DNA from: Fibrobacteria bacterium
GTDB taxonomy: Bacteria > Fibrobacterota > Fibrobacteria > UBA11236
Length of the DNA stretch: 64,000 nucleotides
Reading direction: 5' to 3'
Assembly (NCBI GenBank): GCA_041746255.1
Contig: JBGTHM010000097.1
Span: forward strand, 14,083-78,082
In this document: positions 1 through 9,455 of the stretch, piece by piece
Position numbering within the stretch: position 1 is the stretch's first letter
Layout: each line of letters opens with the position of its first letter
The notes under the pieces: model-generated
Databases searched by the model: none
Seen by the model: only the letters and a program-made list of their open reading frames with translations
What the model was told of the DNA's origin: nothing
Made by a program: the position numbers and the translations under genes

Positions 1-68
1 CCCAGCTGATTGCGAACCGGCAGTATTACCATACTGGCACGGCTTCTGCCGCTGACGGAGCCACCAAT

Positions 69-1319
69 GTGGTCATCACATTGGAAAAACTGCCCAATAT
101 CGTTTTATTGCTTTCCGATGACCAAAGCTGGACCGATTACGCATTCATGGGCCATCCGCATATCAAGACACCCAGACTGGATAAGCTTGTCAAGGAGAGC
201 ATGACTTTCACACGCGGCTATACTCCGACATCCCTGTGCCGACCCGCGCTGATGACGCTGGCAACCGGGCAGTATCCGAAGGACAACGGCGTTACCGGAA
301 ACGATCACCCAAAGCCAGGTGGGCAACTCTACGGTTCGGAACGGAATTCTATGCTCGTCCACATCGATAGGGCCGTTACCTTACAGAAGCTGTTACACGA
401 AAAGAAGGGCTATACCACCCTGCAAACCGGAAAATGGTGGGAAGGCGATTGGAGGCGGGGTCATTTCACCAGCGGCATGACCATAAATCCGGAAAGGGGG
501 GTGGGCGAAATTGGGCGTTGGGGTCGGCATGGCGATTTCGGGCTGGATATCGGGCGGACCGGCATCGCCCCCATCAAAACCTTCATCGACTCCTCGGGGG
601 AGCGCCCCTTCTACGTTTGGTACGCGGCTTTCCTGCCCCATACGCCCCATAACCCGCCCGAAAGGCTGTTGAGCAAATACAGGGCGCTGACTCCCTCACT
701 TTTCGTAGCCAAATACTGGGCCATGGTGGAATGGTTCGATGAAACCTGCGGCGACGTCCTGGACCTGCTCGAAGCGAAGGGCCTTACCGAAAACACCCTG
801 GTTTTTTACACCGCCGACAACGGCTGGGTTCAGAATCCGAATGATATGCATTTCGATCCCGTCAGCAAAAGGGCGCCCTACGACCTGGGAACCCGCACGC
901 CCATCATGGTCAAATGGCCCGGTAAGATCAAGCCGGAATGGAACGACTCCACCCTGGTCAGCAATATCGACTTCATGCCCACCGCCCTGGCCGCCGCCGG
1001 AATCGAAATACCCGCCAACCTTCCTGGGTTGAACCTATTGGATTCCGCGAAAGCCGCGCGCCAAAGGCCGCGAATCTTCGGCGACATTTATGAACATGAC
1101 ATTCTCGATATCCACGATCCCGTGAAGACCCTCATGCACCGTTGGGTTATCGACGGCCGATGGAAACTCATTCAATCGGGTCCTTTCATTCCGGAAAAAA
1201 CCGAACTCTTCGACATAATCGCCGACCCGTATGAGAAGAAAAATGTCGCGGCGCAAAACCCTTCAGTGGTCAATACTCTGAAAGGCCGAATCAACGAATG
1301 GTACCCCATCACCCCCTAA
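69..1319 (+). CDS. Sulfatase-family (alkaline phosphatase superfamily) protein. The frame is open to the window edge, so the true start may lie upstream.
   Basis: N-terminal LLLSDDQSW metal-binding motif and TSLCRPALMTLATGQYP, which aligns to the sulfatase CxPxR...LLTGRYP signature. The frame has no stop between nt 3 and the GTG at 69, and no signal peptide is visible inside the window. Confidence 0.8.
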   Translation: MVITLEKLPNIVLLLSDDQSWTDYAFMGHPHIKTPRLDKLVKESMTFTRGYTPTSLCRPALMTLATGQYPKDNGVTGNDHPKPGGQLYGSERNSMLVHIDRAVTLQKLLHEKKGYTTLQTGKWWEGDWRRGHFTSGMTINPERGVGEIGRWGRHGDFGLDIGRTGIAPIKTFIDSSGERPFYVWYAAFLPHTPHNPPERLLSKYRALTPSLFVAKYWAMVEWFDETCGDVLDLLEAKGLTENTLVFYTADNGWVQNPNDMHFDPVSKRAPYDLGTRTPIMVKWPGKIKPEWNDSTLVSNIDFMPTALAAAGIEIPANLPGLNLLDSAKAARQRPRIFGDIYEHDILDIHDPVKTLMHRWVIDGRWKLIQSGPFIPEKTELFDIIADPYEKKNVAAQNPSVVNTLKGRINEWYPITP

Positions 1320-1351
1320 CGGGCTGCTGTAACATGCGGAAGAAGGGTTCA

Positions 1352-1380
1352 GGAGTGCTTGATAAAAATTCAAGTACTCC
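1352..1380 (+). terminator. Stem-loop downstream of the sulfatase stop, possibly a terminator without a U-tract
   Basis: GGAGTGCTTGA-taaaaat-TCAAGTACTCC forms an 11-bp stem with one G.U pair and a 7-nt loop, about 30 nt after the stop at 1319. No T-run follows, so the terminator function is uncertain. Confidence 0.3.
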
Positions 1381-1520
1381 ATCCAATTCCTGTTCTGGAC
1401 ACCCCCATAAGAGGGTTAGACGGGCTTGTGGCCTACAAAGACCGGATAAGGTCCATTTTTTGAGGTATCATTTCCTGATTACCGCCTATATTAGGTAATA
1501 TCCAGGAAGGGAGTTTTTGC

Positions 1521-2906
1521 ATGGTTTTTAGCAAGTCTCTGAATCCAGTATGGGCGCTTGCACTTTGGACCCTGGCGGTCCTCCCGTGCTGGGCCGATCT
1601 CCCCGGCGGAGTAACCCTCAAGCCCTATCTCAAACCCGCTGCGAGTACATTCGAAAAGCCCATATCCTTCCATGAAATCCCGGGCAAACCGGGCTCCTTT
1701 TTAGTCGTCGAGAAAGCCGGCAAAATCCATTATTACGAGCCGGGAAGCGGCAAATCCTGGGAATGGATGAAAATTGCGGTTCATACCCGGGCCGAGGAGG
1801 GTTTATATGCGGTTGCCTTCCATCCGGATTTCATCAATAACAGCCGGTATTTCATCTACTACAATCCCGCCAGCAATGTTAACGCTCCCCCGACCAATTA
1901 CGGTTTTCCCGGCGAATACGTTCAAATTCTGGCGGAATACCAAGCCGACGCCAAACGCGAAAAGGATTCGGGAAAACCGCCTAAAATCATCCGGGAGTTT
2001 TGTTGCAAAGAGGGGCCGGGGCACAATGGCATGTACCCGGTTTTCGGCCATGACGGCATGCTTTACCTTTCTTTCGGCGACGGCAATTCGGATGGCCGGG
2101 AAACCCAAACTCGGAAAACCATATTGGGAACCATATTGCGCATCGACGTAGACAACCCCGATCCGGGGAAGAATTACGGCATTCCCAAGGACAATCCGTT
2201 CTATAACGACTCCGATCCCAAGGTCATCAAGGAGATCTGGTCCTATGGCCTAAGGAACAATTTCAAGTTGGCGGTGGATCCCCTAAACGGCCACTTGTGG
2301 GTCGGAAACGTGGGCGGTTGGCACGAAGACCATATTTCCCTGGTCAAAAAAGGCGATAATTTCGGCTGGCCGATTACGGAAGGCAGCACCTGTTTCAACA
2401 CGGCCAGGTATTCCATATTCAAGGAGCCGTTGCCGAATTGCGACCGCACAGGCATCACTCCTCCTACGATTATCCTGCCCCACCCCCATCCCCGCGGCAG
2501 AACCAATAGCACTTGCGTCATCGGCCCGGTAGTCTACCGGAGCAATTCGAAATCCCAATTTTACGGGGCGCTGTTTTACGCGGATTATACCGGCAAGCAA
2601 TTACTCGCGGCCAGCTTGGATGAAAACGGAAAGATGCGGGAAATCAAGAAATACGATCCGCCGAAGTCGCCTATCGTCCACTTGATGCAATCCAGCGACG
2701 GGCGCATTCTCACTATGGGTCATGGTGGCAATCAATTCCATTACCTGGACCATCCGGATTTAATCCTGGCGCCCACGGTTAATGTCAAGCGGTCGCAATC
2801 GCCAGCTAAAGTTGTCCATAGGGAAGGCAAAGCCTATTATGACGTTGCCGGCAAGCGCCTGATTCCCATGCCCTTCGCAACACCGCGGTTCACCCTACAG
2901 AATTGA
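1521..2906 (+). CDS. PQQ-dependent soluble sugar (glucose/sorbosone) dehydrogenase family protein, secreted
   Basis: Signal peptide (ALALWTLAVLPCWA). Beta-propeller motifs typical of the YliI/GSDH family: GLYAVAFHPDF, HNGMYPVFGHDGMLYLSFGDG, ILRIDVDNP...GIPKDNPF, EIWSYGLRNNFKLAVDP, GDNFGWP. Short basic C-terminal tail. Confidence 0.8.
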   Translation: MVFSKSLNPVWALALWTLAVLPCWADLPGGVTLKPYLKPAASTFEKPISFHEIPGKPGSFLVVEKAGKIHYYEPGSGKSWEWMKIAVHTRAEEGLYAVAFHPDFINNSRYFIYYNPASNVNAPPTNYGFPGEYVQILAEYQADAKREKDSGKPPKIIREFCCKEGPGHNGMYPVFGHDGMLYLSFGDGNSDGRETQTRKTILGTILRIDVDNPDPGKNYGIPKDNPFYNDSDPKVIKEIWSYGLRNNFKLAVDPLNGHLWVGNVGGWHEDHISLVKKGDNFGWPITEGSTCFNTARYSIFKEPLPNCDRTGITPPTIILPHPHPRGRTNSTCVIGPVVYRSNSKSQFYGALFYADYTGKQLLAASLDENGKMREIKKYDPPKSPIVHLMQSSDGRILTMGHGGNQFHYLDHPDLILAPTVNVKRSQSPAKVVHREGKAYYDVAGKRLIPMPFATPRFTLQN

Positions 2907-2918
2907 TTTCGGATCGAC

Positions 2919-4286
2919 CTACCACCTGAAAAGTGGCGCGGTAAACTCCCGTTCCGGTTGTAAAACCGGGTTGATTCTACGGCCATCCAAACGATAAAGC
3001 GGAATGGAAATATTTTCTATCCTGTGACTAGAGGTCTTACCGGGATGATTACGAATGCGTAGAGGCGGACCATAGGCTCCTAAATCCTCCCAGGCTTTTA
3101 GACCATCCCCTTCTGAGCCGGGCATCACGCCGATGGAATAAAAATTGGCTTTCCAAATATGCCCTGACCAATACACGGTATCTCCTTTTACGTTAATACC
3201 CCAGGGGTCCCAGGTGATATAATCACCGACTTGGGGTAAATCGGTGCGGGTATATTTGCCGGTATACAAATTTCCCTCGGGGATACGAGTATTGAAGGCG
3301 ACCACAGCGCCCCCCACCGGGGCGTCCAGAACCCACGCCGCCGTATCATCCATATAAAGCGTGTTATGGCTAAAGGTGTTATTTTCACCCCACCCTTCCA
3401 CCTGTTTATGGACTTGGAAGGCGTTTTTGATATTCGTGTTACCCTCACGATAGCCGATGTTATTTCGCACGATGGCATCGTTTCCCTTCGCATCGACGAA
3501 CCCATCGGCCGGACCTGCACCCAGCCCAGTGCCGCGGAAGATGCAATGCTCTACTAGAGTACCCAGAGTGCCTTCTTTGATGTCCACATGTTCGGCGGTT
3601 ACATTGGGACCGAACTCACTGTTTATCACCCGATTGAAATTGCAATCCTTGTTCATGGTAGTCCATTTATTCCGGTCGGACCCGATATAGATGGCCTCCC
3701 CCCATACAGCCGTCTCCCGTCCGGTATGGTGTACTTTTGCCTTTTCAATCACGCAACGCGAACTGCCGTCGCGCAAGTGAATGCCTTCGTGTCCGATATT
3801 GTGAACCTCCAAGCCATACAGATGTGCATCGTTGGCATTGTCGAGCATAACGCCCTTGGCAGCCTTGGTGAAAACGAGATTTCGAACCATCCAATGATCG
3901 CCCGTAAGATAAAAGGCATATCCACGATTCACCGCCCCTCCGGATAGGACGGCGGGATTTGCGGAGTCCTGGCTTGCAAAGACGATGGGATCCGAAGAGG
4001 TTCCATCGGCGCTACCGTTAAACCAGGCCGCTACGGTGAGATCGGGTAGTTTAAATAAATCGGGGTCTGGGGAGATATAAGTACCGGGGCTGACTAAAAT
4101 TCGATCTCCGGGGCGCGCATCCAGCAAGGCCGCTTTGATTTCCGGAACGCTTGCACATACGACGGTGCGTTTAGCCGCGGAGGTGTTTTGCGCTTGTGCC
4201 GACAAAATCGCCAGGAGTACGCAGGAGGCCAGGGAGTTAAATCCCCTAATTTTCAAAATAAACTCAAATTTGGAAGCCGCGCGCAT
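2919..4286 (-). CDS. Secreted right-handed parallel beta-helix protein (polysaccharide lyase/hydrolase-like) with a CBM5/12-like module near the C-terminus
   Basis: Signal peptide (VLLAILSAQAQ). N-terminal VPEIKAALLDARPGDRILVSPGTY resembles lyase-type beta-helix proteins. Repeated NIGHEGIHLRDGS / GEAIYIGSD coils. ITWDPWGINVKGDTVYWSGHIWKANFYSIGVMPG resembles a chitin-binding type-3 module. The family assignment was not verified. Confidence 0.6.
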   Translation of the reverse strand: MRAASKFEFILKIRGFNSLASCVLLAILSAQAQNTSAAKRTVVCASVPEIKAALLDARPGDRILVSPGTYISPDPDLFKLPDLTVAAWFNGSADGTSSDPIVFASQDSANPAVLSGGAVNRGYAFYLTGDHWMVRNLVFTKAAKGVMLDNANDAHLYGLEVHNIGHEGIHLRDGSSRCVIEKAKVHHTGRETAVWGEAIYIGSDRNKWTTMNKDCNFNRVINSEFGPNVTAEHVDIKEGTLGTLVEHCIFRGTGLGAGPADGFVDAKGNDAIVRNNIGYREGNTNIKNAFQVHKQVEGWGENNTFSHNTLYMDDTAAWVLDAPVGGAVVAFNTRIPEGNLYTGKYTRTDLPQVGDYITWDPWGINVKGDTVYWSGHIWKANFYSIGVMPGSEGDGLKAWEDLGAYGPPLRIRNHPGKTSSHRIENISIPLYRLDGRRINPVLQPEREFTAPLFRW

Positions 4287-4566
4287 ACTTTAATGTACCG
4301 CCAACTTTGAAGGTTATCCATGGAATTATGCCTGGCTCGCAACCTTCCAGTCGCTCGTTTACAATTGAATCGTCTAATTTCAAGGAAAGACTCGTCTTCT
4401 AAAGGGTACGGAAATTGGACCCAATCTGAAACGGATTCCGATATTTAACCATAGGTTCAATCTCTAGAACTTCTCCCACTGGAATTACCCAATGATGAGG
4501 TTCAAAAACCTTAGGTAACCTATCCCATTTATAGGCAATGCATAAGGGATTAAAAGGAGATCCCCT

Positions 4567-6225
4567 ATGTGGAAGTATTTCGTTTCCACGGTAATAATTC
4601 TCAACCTCGACGCTTTTTCACAAATAACCCTGGAATCCGACTTTTCCACTACCTCCAACCGGGGCGAATCGATGCAATTCCATTGGGACGTTTTCAACCG
4701 CATCTCCCCGGGGGGCGAGATTTCCATAGGGGGCAATCAAAAGGTCCGGATATGCGTGGTGAGACCGCTCGGTGGAAAGGCCGCGAACGGGAGGAAATTG
4801 ATTGAAGAGGATACTTACAAATGGGACGGGCAGAAGTATTACTACGATTGGAAGCCGCTCAAGGATCAAATCAATAGCATTATAGCCAATGAGCAACTCT
4901 TTACCTTTTTAATCGATAATCTGCCCTGGGCTTTTCAGAGAGGTATCGACCGCCAGGGACGCCCGGAAATTGAAACCTATGGCAATGCCTGGGGTCCAAA
5001 CGACCCGGAGGCCTGGGCCACTTACATCAAGGCGATGTTAAATGAAATGATAAAAACCTATGGCCGGCAGCAAGTTGCCCAATGGCGGTATTGCATAGGA
5101 CGGGAAGTGGGCACGCCCGGACATTGGCAGGAAGGACAAGCCGCTTTTTTCGAACACTACCGGAATACCGAAAAGGCCGTCCGGGCAGTTATCCCCGAGG
5201 CGAAAGTGGGGACCCATTTCCTCTGGGCCTCATCCAATTATTCCTATGGCCCCGATTTTGTGAAATGGAGCAAAGCCAATAAATCCCCTTACGATTTTAT
5301 CGGCGTTTCCTTTTACCCTTTTTATGACAAGATTGGAAGAGTTGATCTGGACGAGGTGTATCGAAAAGATTTCGCTCCCATCAAGGATCAACCGGATTGG
5401 AATCCGGCGGCCACCTTGGAGCTTCATGAATATGCTTTGATTAGTAGCCTGAATGTACAAGGAAACGGCTTTACCAGGCCGACCGCCCAGTACACGGAAT
5501 CCTTTAATGTAATGTTGACCAAAATGATGTACGAAAATGGCATGCAAGACGTATATCAGTGGGGCTCCACAACGACGAGCCCTGCCCTGCAGGCGTTCCG
5601 GGAGATGACGGGAAATACGTATTATAAGAATTCCAAGCGCGGCGCTCCCCAGTCGCAAGGAAACATGATTAACGCCATCTTCTCCCGGGACGAGGGAAAG
5701 AAGAAATTTAACATCGTCGCTTATAGCTACAATGCCGATCCAGGGGCAAAAATTTCGGAAACGGTGAACATCGTGGCCAGGGTTCCTTCCTTGCCGAATA
5801 CCGACATTTCATATCGCATCGCGGAATATCGTAACTCGGACCGTCGCGCCCAGTGGAGCGATTGGAAAAAATCCAGAACCTTACCTGACGCAAACAGCAA
5901 GTACTCCGTTTTCACCCATAGTGCAAATTTAGAGCCGTTCTCCTTTTACAAACTTGAGATTATCGCCGATTCGGAAATTCCAGGTGTTGGAGTTTCGCTT
6001 CTACCCCAAAATGGCGGCAAAAGGCTTTTCGTTAAATCCAACAAAATGGGAATAAACCAGCTTGAGTATCGCTCCCCGGCCAGCGGAAACGGCGTATTGG
6101 AGATCCATGACGTGTTGGGCCATAGGGTTTATTCCCGGTCGGTAGAAATAATCCCAGGGACCAATAAATTCAATCTTCCGTCCTCATCACTTCCATCGGG
6201 CCATTACCTGATATCTTTGGATTAA
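4567..6225 (+). CDS. Secreted glycoside-hydrolase-like protein (clan GH-A/GH39-like guess) with a T9SS-type C-terminal sorting domain
   Basis: SD aaaggag lies upstream of the ATG. The C-terminal VLEIHDVLGHRVYSRSVEIIPGTNKFNLPSSSLPSGHYLISLD matches the T9SS CTD pattern (IYD..GR.V...G.Y). The catalytic family is only a guess. Confidence 0.55.
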   Translation: MWKYFVSTVIILNLDAFSQITLESDFSTTSNRGESMQFHWDVFNRISPGGEISIGGNQKVRICVVRPLGGKAANGRKLIEEDTYKWDGQKYYYDWKPLKDQINSIIANEQLFTFLIDNLPWAFQRGIDRQGRPEIETYGNAWGPNDPEAWATYIKAMLNEMIKTYGRQQVAQWRYCIGREVGTPGHWQEGQAAFFEHYRNTEKAVRAVIPEAKVGTHFLWASSNYSYGPDFVKWSKANKSPYDFIGVSFYPFYDKIGRVDLDEVYRKDFAPIKDQPDWNPAATLELHEYALISSLNVQGNGFTRPTAQYTESFNVMLTKMMYENGMQDVYQWGSTTTSPALQAFREMTGNTYYKNSKRGAPQSQGNMINAIFSRDEGKKKFNIVAYSYNADPGAKISETVNIVARVPSLPNTDISYRIAEYRNSDRRAQWSDWKKSRTLPDANSKYSVFTHSANLEPFSFYKLEIIADSEIPGVGVSLLPQNGGKRLFVKSNKMGINQLEYRSPASGNGVLEIHDVLGHRVYSRSVEIIPGTNKFNLPSSSLPSGHYLISLD

Positions 6226-6373
6226 AAAATCGAACATTGCCTGATGGCCTTACGGTTGAGGCAAATTTCGGGGCATGGATTTGCGGGTTTTTTATGCAAA
6301 ATCTACCTTCTAGGGCTACCCGCTAGGCCGTTTCGCCTTCGGGCGGTTTTCCAGACCGGAACCGGAGCGCGTC

Positions 6374-6988
6374 ATGTCCATCCATTCTATTTATCGCCTC
6401 CCCCTTTTTATCCTGGTCTCTATGGCTCTGACCTGGCCAAATGAGCTTCCTGTTGGCTTGCGCACAAACGGAGACCTCGACCACGAATTGATAAAACGCA
6501 TGTATTACGAAGCGGAATTCGCTTTGGTAAGTCAGGCTCTGGAAAATTTTTTAGCTAGCTCGAATAATCCTTCCCGTGAGGATCGGATTTTTGCCTACAA
6601 ATATCTTTCGGTTATCAACGCTTCCAGCGAGAATACCCGTCAACGCGCCGAAAGTTATATGTATCAGTTATTGCGCCTAAATCCGGAAATCGATCTCATC
6701 GACCTGTACATTTCCGAGCATATCGAATCGATTTTCAACAAAGTAAAAGACCGGTTTGTCCGCATGGAACAATTGAATCCCGGCCAAGCCACTCCCCAGG
6801 AAGATACCCTGGCCATAACTAGCCCCGCCGAACCAGTCCAAAAAGTAGCCGGCAACAACGCCCCAGGCCGCTGGGTCTGGTACGCCGCAGGTGGAGCCGG
6901 CTTGGTGGCGGCAATAACCCTATACGCGTTTTCCCTCGATGAGCCCGATAATACCCCCACCCAGCAAATCCTAATACCCTTGGAATGA
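6374..6988 (+). CDS. Small helical (TPR-like) protein with an N-terminal signal sequence and a C-terminal TM anchor; paralog of 44968..45585
   Basis: The YLSVINA..TR...YMYQLLRLNPEIDLIDLYISEHIESIFNKVKDRF block aligns with HLSVVYTANPATR..YMHDLLRMMPSAELVDMYVSDEIYRIFDRVRKEF of the other ORF. C-terminal hydrophobic WVWYAAGGAGLVAAITLYAF. Confidence 0.65.
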   Translation: MSIHSIYRLPLFILVSMALTWPNELPVGLRTNGDLDHELIKRMYYEAEFALVSQALENFLASSNNPSREDRIFAYKYLSVINASSENTRQRAESYMYQLLRLNPEIDLIDLYISEHIESIFNKVKDRFVRMEQLNPGQATPQEDTLAITSPAEPVQKVAGNNAPGRWVWYAAGGAGLVAAITLYAFSLDEPDNTPTQQILIPLE

Positions 6989-6992
6989 GAAA

Positions 6993-9452
6993 GTGAATAG
7001 GCTTCCCCCATTTTCCCTTCGGCTGGTATATTCCCTCTGCCTGACTCTGATTTTCTGGGCTTGCAATGCAACCGACCCCGATCCCCGCCGCGTTCTCCAA
7101 TTCGAACTTAAAAACATGGACGATCAAAAGGCTGACAGCTTCAACGTGGCCATCTATTCCTTACCACGCGAAAGCGCGCCTTTGCATATTTACACCAAGG
7201 TTATTCGCATCGATTCAGCGGTGTTCACCTTGGCCATCGATTCCCATTTACCTGCACGCTTCGAAGCCGACGTACGGGGATTCTTCCAAGGGAAACCGAT
7301 TTTTTTCAAACGCGTGCAAGTCGAAGGCAATACCTTTTCCTCCTCCATCAACCTTCCCGTCGACACGGAACCGATTGATCCCTTCAACTCCGTACCCTTG
7401 GCCTTTCCCGATACGCTCCATGCTCAAGAGGATGCCATGCTCGTCTTTCCCGCATCCGACCTGGTTAAAAATGATTTGGACGGCGATAGCGACCCATTAC
7501 GGGTAGACAGTGTTTTCACTCCCCTCCATGGCGCCGTTTCACTTTCGGGGGGCAACATCACTTTCATTCCGGAACCGGATTTTTTCGGAGAGGCTGGTTT
7601 TACATATCGGGTAAATGACAATCGGGGCGGCAAGGCTATTGCCCAGGTATACATCCTATTGGCTCCGGTGGACGACCCACCGAAATTCACCTCCTTGGAT
7701 CCGCAGAGCGTAGAGGAAGGACAAGAGCTGACTTTTACCGTTAGTGCCGAAGATCCCGACGGAGACTTGCTGGTTTACCATTTGGTGCAACCTCCACCCG
7801 GAGCCAGTTTCGACACCTTGTCAGGACTCTTTTCCTGGACCCCGGACTTCGACCAGGACGGCGAATACATTTTAACCTTTGCAGTTCGCGACACTTCAAA
7901 TCCGCCACTTACCGATAGCATGGAAGTCGAAATCGAAGTAATCGATTACCCCTTGACCGAAATAAATTTTGCCACCGCTTCCGGTTCCGGCCAGGAAGGA
8001 GTGGCTGCACTCGTCACTGTGGCCCTGCAATCCGCCTCCTTGCGCGAAGTTACCATTCGTTTAGTGACTGAAGATGTCACGGCGCAAGGCGGCAAAGATT
8101 ATACGCCGCTGGATACAGTGCTTAAATTCACTCCCGGCCAGTTCTCCAAAGCCTTGTCCGTACAGGTAAACGATGATGCCCTTAACGAGGAAAATGAAAC
8201 CTTTCGACTGGTCTTGAAAGAACCCGGAAATGTAAGGGTAGGCCTAATCGGAACCTTGGAATACACTATTGTGGATAACGACCCCATTCCATCCGGGGTG
8301 ATTTGCGTGGATTCTGCCGCCGCCCCGGGAGGGGACGGTAAAGGCTGGGGCAGGGCCTTACGCACCCTGCAGGAAGCGCTTACGCTTGCCGTTTCGGGTC
8401 AGGAAATTTGGTTGGCTAAAGGTACGTATATACCGGGTGAGTCCCGTGCCTCCACCTTTACCTTGAAATCGGGAGTCGACCTCTACGGGGGCTTCGCCGG
8501 AGGTGAAACCCAACGCGACCTACGTGATCCGGCGCGGAATTTATCGGTGCTCAGCGGTGAGATAGGCGCACCTGGTCCGGATGACAATATCCACCACGTT
8601 GTGGTAGCTTGGCAGGCAACCGATGTGGAAGTGGATGGTCTGGTGATCACCGCAGGTAATGCCGTGGGGTCACCCCCGGTGGCCGGCGTATCGGGTTTTA
8701 CCGCCACTTCGGGAGGAGGTGTCTATGCGGCGGGTAGCGGAGTGACGATTCGAAATACGGTCTTCACCGATAACCGGGGAGTTATGGGCGGCGCTCTCTC
8801 TACGGACGGAAGTCTGGTTGTGGGTTGCGTTTTCGCTGGAAACGCCGCGACCCGGAATGGAGGTGGCATTTCGGGTTCACGCTTTAAGATTTACAATTCC
8901 GTTTTTCACAAAAACAGTGCTGAAAGAGGTGGGGCGGTGCAACTACAGCGTTACATGAATACTTGGAACTCCGCTTTTATCGCCTTTTCCACCTTCACGG
9001 AAAATGTGGCATCCTATTTTGGAGGCGCGCTTTATGCCAACCAGAACGCTCCCCTGGAAATACGCGCCAGCATTCTATGGGCCAACATAGCCCAAGATGG
9101 AAGCCAGATTTATTTCGACGGGAACCACTCCCACATCCAAGCATGGGAATCCACGGTGCAGGACCGATATGCTGATGGTTCGGCGAACAGCGAAGGGTCC
9201 GCGAATGTTATTTGGAGTTCGGGAATTGTGGATATCAATCCGGGCGGTAACCCCGGCTTCTCCGCGCCTGGAAATCCCCTCGGACCCGATGGACTTTGGC
9301 GAACGGCGGACGACGGCCTGCGACTCGGATCCGAAAGCCCCTTACGGGATAAGGTCACCCAAGCCGCGCCGCCGGAATTATCAGGACGCGACATTCTCGG
9401 AGAAGGGCGTGTCCAAGGAGACAAGGCGGACATGGGAGCCTACGAGCAATAA
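6993..9452 (+). CDS. Giant surface lipoprotein with cadherin-like/He_PIG-like Ig domains, a Calx-beta domain and a Pmp-type beta-helix region
   Basis: Lipobox LIFWAC. VNDNRGGKAIAQVYILLAPVDDPP (cadherin-like). TFTVSAEDPDGDLLVYHLVQPPPGASFD..FSWTPD (putative Ig/dystroglycan-like). VTAQGGKDYTPLDTVLKFTPGQFSKALSVQVNDDALNEENETF (Calx-beta). GDGKGWGRALRTLQEAL...GTYIP...LYGGFAG, then GGA(L/V) repeats (adhesin-type beta-helix). Confidence 0.8.
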   Translation: MNRLPPFSLRLVYSLCLTLIFWACNATDPDPRRVLQFELKNMDDQKADSFNVAIYSLPRESAPLHIYTKVIRIDSAVFTLAIDSHLPARFEADVRGFFQGKPIFFKRVQVEGNTFSSSINLPVDTEPIDPFNSVPLAFPDTLHAQEDAMLVFPASDLVKNDLDGDSDPLRVDSVFTPLHGAVSLSGGNITFIPEPDFFGEAGFTYRVNDNRGGKAIAQVYILLAPVDDPPKFTSLDPQSVEEGQELTFTVSAEDPDGDLLVYHLVQPPPGASFDTLSGLFSWTPDFDQDGEYILTFAVRDTSNPPLTDSMEVEIEVIDYPLTEINFATASGSGQEGVAALVTVALQSASLREVTIRLVTEDVTAQGGKDYTPLDTVLKFTPGQFSKALSVQVNDDALNEENETFRLVLKEPGNVRVGLIGTLEYTIVDNDPIPSGVICVDSAAAPGGDGKGWGRALRTLQEALTLAVSGQEIWLAKGTYIPGESRASTFTLKSGVDLYGGFAGGETQRDLRDPARNLSVLSGEIGAPGPDDNIHHVVVAWQATDVEVDGLVITAGNAVGSPPVAGVSGFTATSGGGVYAAGSGVTIRNTVFTDNRGVMGGALSTDGSLVVGCVFAGNAATRNGGGISGSRFKIYNSVFHKNSAERGGAVQLQRYMNTWNSAFIAFSTFTENVASYFGGALYANQNAPLEIRASILWANIAQDGSQIYFDGNHSHIQAWESTVQDRYADGSANSEGSANVIWSSGIVDINPGGNPGFSAPGNPLGPDGLWRTADDGLRLGSESPLRDKVTQAAPPELSGRDILGEGRVQGDKADMGAYEQ

Positions 9453-9455
9453 GCC

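Noticed and set aside
10-204. A 64-aa ORF at the left edge, and other 60-130-aa ORFs nested in or overlapping larger genes.
   Set aside because: They overlap better-supported genes in other frames and have no motifs, SD sequences or independent intergenic space.
1439-1462. GACC-ggataa-GGTC followed by ATTTTTT, a possible intrinsic terminator between the sulfatase and PQQ-dehydrogenase genes.
   Set aside because: The stem is only 4 bp, too weak to call. The stronger hairpin at 1352-1380 was listed instead, with low confidence.
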